The notes under the pieces were generated by a model that saw only the letters and a program-made list of their open reading frames with translations, was not told the DNA's origin and searched no databases. A stretch of DNA of 64,000 nucleotides from Fistulifera solaris (taxonomy: Eukaryota), in assembly GCA_030295235.1 (NCBI GenBank), contig AP026146.1, forward strand, positions 372,001-436,000. Direction: 5' to 3'. This document shows positions 50,965 through 62,834 of the stretch, one piece after another. Position 1 is the stretch's first letter. Every line of letters starts with the position of its first letter. Position numbers and translations under genes: made by a program.

Positions 50965-52675
50965 ATGATTCGTATCATCAAGCCGTCTACTTCCAAGCTT
51001 CAACGCTCCTCACGCAGCCGTCTCCTCAGTTGCTGGAAATTACGAGCAGCCGCCTTTTCAACCAAAAATGGCGATGAAAGGTTGCTGGTGATTGGTTCTG
51101 GCGTCGCCGGTTCCGCAGCCGCCCTGATTGCGGCAGAAAACTACAAACTACCGGTCAGCATGTTGTATGCGGGCGCTTTACCAACAGATTGTAATTCGTA
51201 TTGGGCACAGGGGGTATTATTTACGAAGGAAAAGAGGGTGACGACTCTCCCGATCTGTTGGCGGCCGATATTCATCGCGCCGGGGCCGGCTTGTGCCGTG
51301 ACCCGGCCGTGCAGTTGGTCGCTCGTCGCGGGCCGGAACGAGTCCGTGAACTCTTGTTGAAGGGACATCCTTTGCTCAAGTTCCTTTTGATCGGAACGCC
51401 GAAACAGGTGCCTTGAGTTTGTGTTTGGAAGCGAGTCATTCGGCGCCTCGCATTTTGCATCAAGCCGATCATACCGGCCGAACCATTACGCAGCATTTAG
51501 CGCAAGCTGTCGCACAGCATCCGCTCATTCAGCAGCATTCGCACACGGTGGTGACCGATCTCATTGTCGAAGATAATATTTGTTTGGGTGTCAACACATT
51601 GGACCGCAGCACGGGTGTTACGCAGCAAATGTTTGGAATTCATGGCACTGTTTTGTGCGCGGGTGGTTTGGGCGGCATTTATCAGCACTCGACGAACCCT
51701 CCGGGTTTCAACGCTTTAGGTAGCAGCGTTGCTCTGGCGAAACGTGCCGGAGCCATTACCCAGGACTTGGAATTCGTCCAATTTCATCCCACTGCTTTGT
51801 ACATTCCCAATGAAGCACGTTTCTTGCTAACGGAGGCTCTCCGCGGTGAGGGTGCTATCTTGCGCAATTCATCTGGATATGCCTTTGCCAAGGACTATCA
51901 TCCCGATGGAGAGTTAGCTCCGCGCGATGTTGTAGCGCGTGCTGTTTTTGAAGAATCCCAGCGCGGCACTGTTTATCTCGACATTACTCATCGTGATGCG
52001 ACCTGGTTGCATCAACGATTCCCTTCGATTCAACAGCATTTGCAGCAGCATGGCCTGGATTTGGCCAAGCATCAATTGCCCATTACTCCTGCAGCACATT
52101 ATACTTGTGGCGGAGTCGCTACGGATTTGCAAGGTCGCACCAATGTCTTGAACTTGTACGCCGCGGGCGAAGCGGCGTGTACTGGATTGCATGGTGGTAA
52201 CCGTCTCGCCAGTACTTCGCTTTTGGAAGGTCTGGTCTTTGGTGCTGCCGTTGCGGATCATGTCGGCTCGGAAGAAGCGAAAGCCGTCGCAGCTTCAGCC
52301 GCAGCGAATGTATCCAATTACAAGGTCCCGAACATGGCTTGGCCGTTGGAACCCAACCACATTCAAAACGCCGGTGTCGCTGCGTTGGAGTTGTTGCAAC
52401 GCGTTCGCAGTACGATGTGGGATCACGTTGGTGTTGCACGCACTCCTGCAGGTCTCGAACGCGCTTTGGAAGAATTGAACGACGTTACTGACGAAATTGG
52501 AACGTTGCATTCCATGGGACCGACATTGGAGACGGCAGCTGTTCGCGACGCGGCATGTGCCGGCGCTGCCGTAGCTCAAGCAGCGTTGCAGAATCGTAAC
52601 TCTGTTGGTGCCCATTTCATCACCGTGGACGCTGAGAGCGACACGGACGACGATGTTATGGTCGCTTCGGATTAA
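50965..52675 (+). CDS. nadB: L-aspartate oxidase (de novo NAD biosynthesis) with N-terminal presequence
   Basis: 'VIGSGVAG', 'NSYWAQGGI', 'EASHSAPRILH', 'EFVQFHPT', 'FLLTEALRGEG', 'ELAPRDVVAR', 'PAAHYTCGGV', 'GLHGGNRLASTSLLEGLVFG'. Frame breaks at ~51210 and ~51371. Confidence 0.92.
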
Positions 52676-52840
52676 TACTTATCAAGACACGATGTCTTTT
52701 TTTACAAACTAACCAAGAAACACAATATATTATAAAAGAGACGCGTTAATTGTATGCATAGAATAATAATTTTGGATTGATGATTATGATTGATGAAGGA
52801 ATAAACTATTGCACTCATTCGTTTTGAAAGATGATGGTGT

Positions 52841-54614
52841 TTATCGGGCTCTTGACCGGAGCTGATCTCGAAGAGCCTGTCCGCTCGCAGCTTGGTCTTT
52901 TGGTTTGCACCCCAAGTAGACCAGCGTCATAATATTTAGACAAAAGAATATGTACACGAACACATTCTTTTGCCAAAAGAAAGAGAAGAATTTTAAATTT
53001 TGTGCTTGCACACCGAAGATCTGGCGAATGTCTGCGAAGGCAGCGTAATCTGCAAACGCCTCTTGACAGAACTGGACCACCGGGAGCGAGCATAAAAGCA
53101 CCAGCGCGGTATTGAACATGAAGGACGACATGTAGGTCTTTCCAGGAATCATGGGATGAATGTGAAAGAAGAAGAACCGAAGCCCAAACTTGAAGCAACC
53201 TTTTACAGCACAGAGTAACAAATAGCTTGTAAACAAAGCCACTGCTAAGACTCCGAACAACGGGAACCAACTGTCAAATGACTTGAAGAAATTGTTGAGA
53301 AAAGGCGCTAGTGGAGGCGAGGGGAAAACATACACAATTATGTGCAGGAACCAGAATAGACTAATAATCACGGAAAAGCAGCCAAGCATCAAGTACAAAT
53401 ACGGCATCAAAGGATTGTATTTGTCTTGATCCGTAGTGACTGCTTTGAAGGCATCAACATCTTGTTCGAGTAGATAAACGGCTTGTTTGAAACCAAGCAC
53501 TGCCTGTCGTTCATCGCGTGCTGCTTTGCGTTTCTCAGCATCAAATGAAAAAGTCGAGAAAGCTCCTGCTAAACCAGCCTGTGCCTTTTCTTCACGCTCC
53601 ACTTTGATCATTTCACCGACGTCGACCAATTCGTTGACTCGTTCGCGTAGATTGATTTGGATTTCCGCATATTCAACAGGATCCAAGTGTCGAGGCCGAT
53701 TGGTATAGGCCAGGATCAAATCGAACGGCAGGGCCACGAGACCGATTCCTCCAAAAAGAGCAAACAGAAACCATCCCACCCAGGCCATTAAATTTCCAAA
53801 AAACGTAGCGGCGCTGACTTCCAATGTTAATTCAGCGGCTCCGTTGTCTACTACAGTCTTCAACCATTCCTCGTCCAGCGGGTTCATGTTGATTAAATCA
53901 TGAACGTGGAACGTCTTATTCTGGTTTGGATTGTACTCGAACGTATACGAATTGGTTTCTGTAATGATCCCAATACCTTCTTTCAAGGTTCCGAGACCTT
54001 GATAATCCTGAATGGGTATATTGGTCTCTCCAAAAGCAGCGTACGAGCCCGCAAAGAACACTCCAACAATCGCCAATACAAAGAGCTCGTAACAAGCTGC
54101 TTGTCCTATTCGTGACTTCTTCACTGGATTAGGAGCATATGCAGTTCCTGCCATGAGCATCCCATCATCAGCTTCGTAGTAAAATGTCATGAAAGGGATG
54201 AAACTGAACACCCAAATTGGGATCAATATGAACATGGTGTTCCACATGCCTTCTACGTTCAAGCCGCCACAAAACTTGTCATCGTATCCAGCGCATCCTG
54301 TCCGAAAAGGAAGAAAATGAGCCTATAGGTCAGGTATATATATCTCGCAACACAATGCCCCCCCCTGTCACATCATTCTCTCTCGCTCTCTCATAAAAAC
54401 AAAACGTACCGGCATAACCATCCTTATTGGCCGTATCGAGAGGCAACATGAGCACTGTCGCTCCCGATAGTGCAAACCCTAAAATCACGATCGCTTTCGG
54501 CAAATATGCTTCATTGCTGTCATCCGGATGCTGATAATAAACAATAAAGTACGCTGAGCCGATGAGAAGGATGACAAAGGCCACGATAATCGATATCACC
54601 AGAAAGGGGTTCAT
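52841..54614 (-). CDS. LMBR1-like (LIMR family) multi-pass membrane protein; intron 54298-54409
   Basis: '[19 protein letters not shown]', '[13 protein letters not shown]', '[11 protein letters not shown]', '[21 protein letters not shown]', '[17 protein letters not shown]'. Confidence 0.88.
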
Positions 54615-55500
54615 GGTCAACTTTTTGATGAAATAATAATAATAATAAGGATGACCGTTTCGGGAGAACACGAAAACTGCAAAATGTCTCCAGGGCCCGT
54701 CTGTCTGCCCTACGCTACGCCGCTCCGTGATAACTCTGTCACTTAGTGGCTTAGTGGTCGTGTCCTAGACTACTGGTAACTGGTAATAAGTTTGCAAGCT
54801 TGCGCACATTGTCGACAAGAAATCAAGAAGTGCCTTTCAGATGCTGCTGATGATGATTGTATCAGGTTATTGTGATGAAACACTAACCAAGTTAGCAGAG
54901 CAGTACTAACGGAGTTCAGCTGCGATCATGATTCATGACTGGATTGCAGTCGTGGAAAACTTTATACAACATTTTGGGTCTATAGTACCTGGTACATAGG
55001 GACTATAATTCTCCGCAACCATCGTCAACTAGCAATTCAAAAAGTTCCTTGCAATTGCTGCAGAAAATATGAGAGCGTGAAAGCAATATATATTTTATTG
55101 GACATGCGGAACGAACGTAAAGGCAATAACATGCAAGCATGCAAGCTCGGAAAAATTATGTTTCATGACTAAAACGCAGTCGTGGAAGCAGCATCCCGTC
55201 TCCACCTGGACCATACCTTTTACACACTTCGTAACAGAACGGTACAACAGCTTTTCCGGCTAGAAAAAATGGAGACGTGCCGTGTTATTGCTGCGTAATT
55301 GCTTAGCAAAAATAAAAAACTGGATATGTCACGATAAGAATAGAATACAATTTATAGCTCATCTTTGGATGATGGATGCAAGGATCGGGTAGTTGAAGCT
55401 GAGATGCAGTGTTTCGTAATTGGAAATGTTATCCTATTTTTATGACCCCTGGTGACCTCATTTACATTTTACAACTATGTACTTTGGAACTTTGCGGTAC

Positions 55501-57529
55501 TTATGAGCCCCAATAATTCAAATACTCTTGTTCCATCAAGTCGCGAAACCGGTCATCACCCCCTTTATGTAGCTTGTTCATTGGTCTGCTGTCTCTTTGA
55601 GATGATCGTTGTCGTTTGTTACGGCCTCGGCGTGGTGTACTTCCGGATACGGTACCTTTGGATTGGCCTTTGCCCTTTCCGCTGTTACCAGTGTCGTTCG
55701 ATCTGTCATTTCCTTTACCTTTACCCGAAGATGCTTTGGTTGAAGTTCCTTTACTGAGTGATGCCTTGGAGGATGCTTTATTAGTCGACGATGTCTTTGT
55801 CGAGGAGCCTTTGCCCGACGATGCTTTGGTAGACGGTTCTTTCCCGGATGACGCTTTAGTGGAAGCACCCTTGCCCAAAGATGCCTTGGTTGAAGCGGCT
55901 TTGCTAGATGCTGTTTTAGAAGGCGCACCCTTTCCCTTGCCGCCTGATTTGGACGACTCAGTCGTTGTGCCTTTGCCCTTTCCACCACCAGATTTACTTG
56001 CATAGTCGGGTTCGATGCATTCTGGATAGTCGTCGTCGTCGTTGTAGTCATCGTCCTCCTGATCGTCATCAGCATTATCGTCGTCGTCGTAGTCATCGTC
56101 ATCCGAATCATCTACGATATCACCGCTGGCATTTTCATCCACATCACCGGAAATAGGTTCAAAAGGACTCGGGCGTTTGGATGTCTTAGAAGTACCACCA
56201 GAGTTCTTGTTTTGATAGTCCACGCGTCCAATCCCGAGAAGTCGTTCTGAGTGATGTCTTCCGATCCGGGACATGGCACCGTAGCTACCATCCTTTTGTT
56301 TCTGTTCAATTCCTTTTCCTTTGCCACTAACTCCACGCCCTGAATCGGTCCTGCCTTCTTCATAAGAGTCGTTCTCATTTGATTGTGCTCTAGATCCGTT
56401 GCCTTTGCCGTTTCTGTCCCCATTTGATTTAGTAGATGATCCCTTCCCTTTACCATGCGTGTCCTCACTCGTTCCTGAAGGCGATCCTCGTCTTTTCCCT
56501 GAATCGATGGAAAGCTTAGAACGTCCTTTGTTCCGATCGGAGTGTTCCTTTCTCTTTTTCTCGTAGTTGCTCTTGCCTTTCACAACTTTGCTCTTCCCTT
56601 TGCCTCTTCGTTTACCAGATGGACAAATAATAATACTGGGACGTGCTGTTGTCGATGGCTGTAGAACGGGAACGGAAGACGGCTCGTCCGATGTCACGGG
56701 AGAATCGGTAGTTCCAGGCGATACAGGGGCTTCTGTGACAATAGACGGGGACGCAGTTGGAGCATTCTCAATAACTGGCGCTCGCGTCGTCTGGGAAGCC
56801 GAAGGGGAGGACGAGGGTTCTGCAGCTATAGGACACACTTCTTCAGGTGGGTTTCCGAGATCCGTCTGAAATGGAATGGGTGAGTTGAGTGCAGTGGAGT
56901 GGGGCCGAAATGTCGTTTCACCAACTTACAAAGATGATCCAGCCAGCCTGCTGTCCGACACGGAGGAGAGGAAAGACACCGCAATCATTGTTGTAAAGAA
57001 TGGCAAACGTGTTGACGATCGCCTGATTCAGTGCATTTACTCCAATAAACACTAGCTGGATACCTCGTGGGAGTGAAGCAGGGTCCAATAACTCCGGTTC
57101 TGTCGCGATGATTGACGTGTACGTGAACGTTGATCCTGATAGGAAAAGCCCAGTATTAACAGTTTGCGCAATAACATCCAAGTTTTGATCGAGCTCAAAA
57201 ATCGAAACCTGTCCCACGGCAACTGGGAGTAAATCAGCATCTTCTTGGTTTTGTTCTCCTCGAAGTTCAGTTAAACAAGTCGTATCCGTAATACCGGCCC
57301 CTCCGACGGATTGATCATCGCAAGTTAATGCAAAATCGAATGTGAATTCATAAACTGAAGGCTGGCAGGCACACACATCGACGCCGATCTGTTGCGCACG
57401 TGTGGATTGAACAAGGAGAAACAGGCATGCCAACGAGGTGACCACGCTCTTCGAAACGCCTATGATCGACCTTCTTCGTCGTGATTTGTAGATTGATGGG
57501 GTGGACATCCCGAAATGAAACAATACCAT
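55501..57529 (-). CDS. Secreted silaffin-like protein: Cys-containing N-terminal domain, P/S/T linker, Lys/Gly/Ser-rich and Asp-rich tail; intron 56866-56929
   Basis: Hydrophobic signal ending 'VQSTRA-QQ', domain 'CACQPSVYEFTFDFALTC', PT/PS linker, many KGKG/KSGGKGKG/KASSGK motifs, an ERLL motif and a poly-Asp tract. Confidence 0.75.
55715..55915 (-). repeat. Coding tandem repeat, about 30-bp units (TKASSGKGxS)
   Basis: Repeated gatgc(c/t)ttggt...ccc units encoding STKASLGKGA/STKASSGKEP/STKASSGKGS. Confidence 0.8.
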
Positions 57530-58175
57530 TGTCGTTACTATGAAGATTCTTTGTTTTACTTGCGATATTGAAGCGGGTGTAGTCACTAAAGGCGTCAAGC
57601 AGGCCTTCGCAGTCATCTCGGCGAGATCGAAATTGTGAACGAACAAATTTGTCGGCCTCGTCCGTTCGAGCAGATCGTTTTTCCGTTCAGTTGATAACAT
57701 CGATCCTTTTTGAAATTTCGAACGAGCGCGCGACCGAAGTATTTAACAAGGAAAATGTCCTAACGACATTAAATCAGTACAAATTTCGTCGAGGGAACAA
57801 GTATTGGGTACCCAGTCATAATAAGATGAAAACGGATGCCGGATACACCGAATACAAATGTGTGGGGAGTGTGGGTGGTTTCACTCCATCCTGCTCCAAC
57901 CTCTCAAGCCCACAAGATTCGAAATCCCACTTCCGAAGCCTTGGATTTATGAAGGGGAGCAGGACTTTCTATCTATTGAAGTCCACCGGGGATGCAGAAT
58001 GCACTGTAATGAATCTCTGGGGTCTTCCATTCTCCCGACTTTTCGATCGAAAAATGAAACACGCACGATTCAGAGTCGTGGGGCATAGTTGTCTGTCAAC
58101 TTTAACTGCGTGACTCTAGCTAGGCAGGTAAGTAGCTCTACTTTAGTTTTGATCCTTTGCGTTAGATACCTTAAC

Positions 58176-59853
58176 TTATTTCATATTCTTTTTTAAATAG
58201 TCGTCCAGCTGTCCCGCAGCCGCCAAGATGAGGCCATGGAAAGGAGGACTGGGGGCCAGCGGCCGACTTAAAAACTCCGGATGAAACTGACAACCAATGT
58301 AAAACGGGTGTACAGCCCTAGGTAGTTCTGCAATCTCCATGCGCTCACCCGACTCGTCTCGTCCTACCAGAAGCAAACCATTCGAGTGAACAGCTTCCAC
58401 CTTTTCTGGATTAACTTCGTACCGATGTCGGTGGCGTTCTGAAATGATTTCCTTGCCGCCGTATAAAACCTGGGCCGTCGACATGCTTCCGTCTTCGTAC
58501 TTGTGAGTGAACTTGGTGTTGCGAGCTCCCAATCGCATCGTACCACCCATCGTTTCCTTGTCGATCTCTGGCATGAATATAACAACAGGATGAGCGGTAT
58601 TCTCGTCGAATTCTGTCGAATCCGCCTTCTCCCAAAACAATACGTTACGACAGTACTCCACAACAATCGCTTGAAAGCCGAGACAAACGCCGAGTAACGG
58701 GACTTTGTTCTCTCTGCAATAGTTTGCAGCGATAATTTTACCCTCCCATCCTCGACTACCGAATCCGCCAGGAATGATAACTCCTTGCGCCGCCTTGACC
58801 TTGTCCCAAGCCTCGGCATGGCCTTCTGCGGTATCTGACTCTAACGAACTCGCTTCGACCCATTCCAGATTGAGTCGAACATGACAAGCGATGCTAGCGT
58901 GCCTCAACGCTTTAATCACCGACAAATAACTATCTTGTAGACCATTGTACTTTCCAATCAAAGCAATCGTCACTTCTTGCGTCGCCGTTTCAATTGACTT
59001 GGCCATGACGGTCCACGACGTCAGACCGGGGATCAAGGATCGACCAAATTGTAGTTCTTCTTGCAAAATCATGTGGAGATTCTGCGACTTGAGTAGAGAG
59101 GGAACAAAATACACATTGCTGACATCGTGTACGCTCAAGACATTGGACGCCGGTACGTGACAAAGAGAGAAATCTTTTGTTTGGTGGCATCCAACAAGGG
59201 TTCCGTCGAACGACAAAAGATGACCTGTGGACTCAAGCCCAATGATCGGAGATCGCGAACTCCGTGTTGCGTGGGCTTGGTTTTTGTTCATCCGATAAGA
59301 CGGGAACGAGGCTGACAAAACAAAGACAAAAATTTTCAAAGCCCACACGGAATTGAAACTGACGCAAGGCTTCTAAAAAGACGGAACTTTCAATATCACC
59401 GACCGTTCCTCCCACTTCAATCAAACAGACCTCCGCAACCTGTCCGGAAGGATCCACCGGAATTTGCGCAACTCGCTCAATCCAATCTTGAATGCAGTCG
59501 GTAATGTGCGGTACCACTTGTACCGTTTTTCCTAAATAATCACCCTTGCGCTCGGCCAGAATCACTTTCCGGTAAACTTTGCCCGTCGTAATATTATGAT
59601 CGGACGTGAGCGTAATGCCCAAAAAACGTTCGTAATTACCCAAATCGAGGTCCGATTCTCCTCCATCGGCCAAAACAAATACTTCTCCGTGCTCAAAGGG
59701 TGACATCGTACCCGCATCGACGTTCAAATACGGATCAATTTTAATGGCGGTGACTTTCACACCCGAAGCTTGCAACATGCGTCCCATACTGCTGATGGTA
59801 ACACCTTTCCCCAAACCAGAGACGACTCCTCCTGTGACTGCGATATATTTCAT
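58176..59853 (-). CDS. pyrG: CTP synthase
   Basis: '[17 protein letters not shown]', '[23 protein letters not shown]', 'PGGFG', 'GVCLGFQ', '[10 protein letters not shown]', 'QFHPE'. Frame breaks at ~59281 and ~59163. Confidence 0.95.
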
Positions 59854-60579
59854 TTTTGTAATTTTGTGTGTTGTTGTCGTCACTATCTCAAAGCAAACGA
59901 AGATTATTATTTAGCCATGCGCTTCTCTGGAAGGACAAATAATAACATTATTTTCTGTTTTTCTGTTTTCTCTGTTTTCTGGTTCGGTTGCGAGGGGTGG
60001 TTCCGAAAATCACGGATGGACAGACAGGCGGGGCTAAGTGTGAGCTCTCTCTGTTGCAAGGCTAAGGATGGATGTCGCGCAGCTGAGATAGAATCAGCAC
60101 GAACAGTTTCGTTCGATATCTCTCTTGAATCACTTCGATTGTTTAGAACATAATTGTTGGAAGCTATTCACTATTCATGATCTTTTGTTTTGACGCCAAG
60201 AAGAACATACGGCATCGACCAAAATGTCTGCCGCTAACTTGCTATAATCACCACTCCCATTTGCGTTTGGTTCCTCTAGAGTAACCGGCGCTGGTGCAAT
60301 TCAAAGCGAAAATGATTCATCGCGCAAGAATTGTGTGTCGGTTGATAGGACCTGACCATTGACTGGTGTTATTTCACCGAACGGGGTCGGTGGAGATGTT
60401 TCCAAGCAAACCCATAGCTACAAAAAAGCTCAAAATACAACTTACAATTCTACGCAACTGTTCACTACAATACAACCACATATGAGAAAACTAAACACAC
60501 TTTCACACTCGTTTGGCATAATGGTTCGTTCTCTAATCCTTATTTTTTTGACTGCTGGGGGGGATGTGTTGTCGGTTTT

Positions 60580-60903
60580 TTACACACGCGAAGGGTACAG
60601 CATGACACGGACACGTCCACCAATGGCTTGCGGTGGCAGATTGCGTCGGAATCGGCAACGAACGACACCATTGGAACCATGGTGTCGGCTCACCTTGCCC
60701 CAATTGACGCGAAATTGACCATCGGCGGCCTTGGTGATAAAGGCGACGCGCTTTCCGAGGTAAAAGTCCGCATCGGCCTTGTTGTCACAACCCTTGATTT
60801 TGACAAGAGATACATTTACGTTCTGAGTGCGCAAGGCTCGCTTGTAACCGAGGATGGCACCGTCTACGTGCAAGCGAGGAGAGCGTTTGGTGGTAACCGT
60901 CAT
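60580..60903 (-). CDS. RPL35A: 60S ribosomal protein L35a (eL33); probable 5'-UTR intron 60908-61035
   Basis: 'RLHVDGAILGYKR...FYLGKRVAFI...WGKVSRHHGSNGVVRCRFRRNLPPQAIGGRVRVMLYPSRV'; GTAAGA donor and CTGACAG acceptor 4 nt before the ATG. Confidence 0.95.
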   Translation of the reverse strand: MTVTTKRSPRLHVDGAILGYKRALRTQNVNVSLVKIKGCDNKADADFYLGKRVAFITKAADGQFRVNWGKVSRHHGSNGVVRCRFRRNLPPQAIGGRVRVMLYPSRV

Positions 60904-61437
60904 GATGCTGTCAGTGGGTTGGTATGGTTTTGGCGTTTGCAGAGAGAGTGGCAAGAAAGAAAGAAGAAATGAGATACCGACGACTTGAATTCTCTCAATG
61001 ATTATTCTGTTTATAATGACAAAGGACAATCTTACCTGTTTCTTTCTTTATATTTACTTGGGTTCAACAACACAAACAAGATGGTGATGAGGATGTTCGC
61101 AACAACGGTTTCGAAGGAGGAGGCACTGTCGATGGTGCATTGAATGCCGTTTGGGTACGCGTAGGCAATGTACGGCGATCGTACCATCGACCGTCGGTCT
61201 GTCCTGGACTCATAATCTAGTAAAGTGGTTTCGCGGTAAATCGACCTGTATGATCCCTACAAATTTGTACGGCTGTCAAAGGAGCACTGCCCACCCATCG
61301 TCTCTCACGGGCATCATCTCGCAAACCACTCTCGTCCTACTTTTGCCGCTACTCCCTTCAGCGCATTCTCGTTGGAACACCTTGAGCTATTTCGTTTTCG
61401 TATTCAAGACTTTCGTATTTAGTAGTTCTGTAGCAAG

Positions 61438-61631
61438 GTGCGTTTGGTTTTCAATTGTAGTCTCGGCGAGAACATCGTGCGAGGTTTTTTACTGGTGTGA
61501 GACTGAGAGGTGCTGTTGGGCATCACTCACCCCGCCTTGCGGCTTTTGTGGCATGGAACACCACCATCTTTTCACCTCGTTGCCTTCTTGAACACGATTC
61601 TCATCTATATTTCTCTTTTATCACAAAACAG
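61438..61631 (+). promoter_or_regulatory. Predicted 5'-UTR intron of RPS15A containing a candidate uS8-binding rRNA-mimic helix
   Basis: AAG|GTGCGT donor, pyrimidine tract and CAG directly before the ATG. Helix GGUGCUGU(U)G 61509-61518 / CAUGG-AA-CACC 61552-61562. Confidence 0.5.
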
Positions 61632-62273
61632 ATGGTTCGCATGTCTGTACTCGCCGATTGTCTGAAGACCATTTCCAACGCGGAAAAGCGTGGTCGACGA
61701 CAAGTCCTAATCCGACCTTCCTCGAAGGTTGTGATCAAGTTTTTGCAAAAAATGCAAGAGAACGGTACGTCTTACACAAATGATTTGTGGTTACTGGAAG
61801 AGATTTGGTTGTTCCATGGTGAGCGCGCTTTTCATTTAGCTGCTCGGCCAGGACCCCATGGAGACTTTCATCATTCTTCTTTTGAAGATGTGTTTCGAAT
61901 CTCTTCCTAGAGTCAACGTTTACACAGATAGTCATCACACTCACAAAAGTTGCTGTTTTCCCTCTCGTTACTTTTGCCGTACTCGTCTGTGAAATTTGGA
62001 ACCACTCCTCAGGATATATTGGTGAATTCGAAATTATCGATGATCACAGATCCAACAAGATTGTGATTGAATTGACGGGCCGTTTGAACAAGTGCGGTGT
62101 CATCAGCCCTCGTTTCGATGTCGAATACGGCGAAATTGAGAAATGGATCGTCAACTTGTTGCCCAGTCGTCAATTCGGTCACATTGTCCTGTCCACGACG
62201 TACGGCATTTTGACGCACGAAGAAGCTCGACGCAAAAAAGACTGGAGGCAAAATATTGGGATTCTTTTATTAA
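61632..62273 (+). CDS. RPS15A: 40S ribosomal protein S15a (uS8); intron 61765-62012
   Basis: '[79 protein letters not shown]...LLPSRQFG'. Extra A at ~62235; corrected end GGKILGFFY*. Confidence 0.96.
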
Positions 62274-62834
62274 AAAAGGAAAGGAAATTCTTAAAATATT
62301 CGAAAGTAATAGTAAAGCTTCTAAATTTACCCCCCGATGATAAGAGTAGTATAGTAGAGTTTGTTGAGGAAGTGGAGTAGCAAAATAGACAGGTCTACGT
62401 TGCGTGTTCCATGAAACCATGGTTTGGTTTTACAACACCAATAATAACGCATTCTCACCGAGAATCGCAATTGGAATTTGGTAATTGGAGTTTCGGTAAC
62501 CTCCGCTTTGCGGAACACGGCGCAAAATGCGACACAGCTAACTTCTGCTCTAGGTTTCGCCTGTCTCTCATGGCGAAGAACCAAAAGCGATACCGCATTA
62601 TTTCATTAGGTGAAACTAGAGGCTTTTAAAAAGTCATTAGAGACAGCGAGGGTTGGCCGGTTTCTACTTTGATTATAACTATCTGTATTATGTTTTTTTA
62701 AAAACTAACATGATAGTAGGGAAAGAACGACAGTTGCGCAAAACGATATACTTTCCAACAAAAGATAAACGACACTCTCTAGCCCTTTTCTTCTCATATG
62801 TACGACCTGAAAACTTTCCCTAGCCACGCTCGGA

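Noticed and set aside
54845..54945. C/D-box snoRNA (TGATGA motifs)
   Set aside because: No properly placed CTGA D box or terminal stem.
55100..55160. U5 snRNA (GCCTTTAC on the minus strand resembles loop 1)
   Set aside because: No closing stem, and the Sm-like AATTTTT lies on the wrong side.
57649..58113. 154-aa + strand ORF
   Set aside because: Non-ATG start, no recognisable motif, and it lies in the promoter region of the silaffin-like gene.
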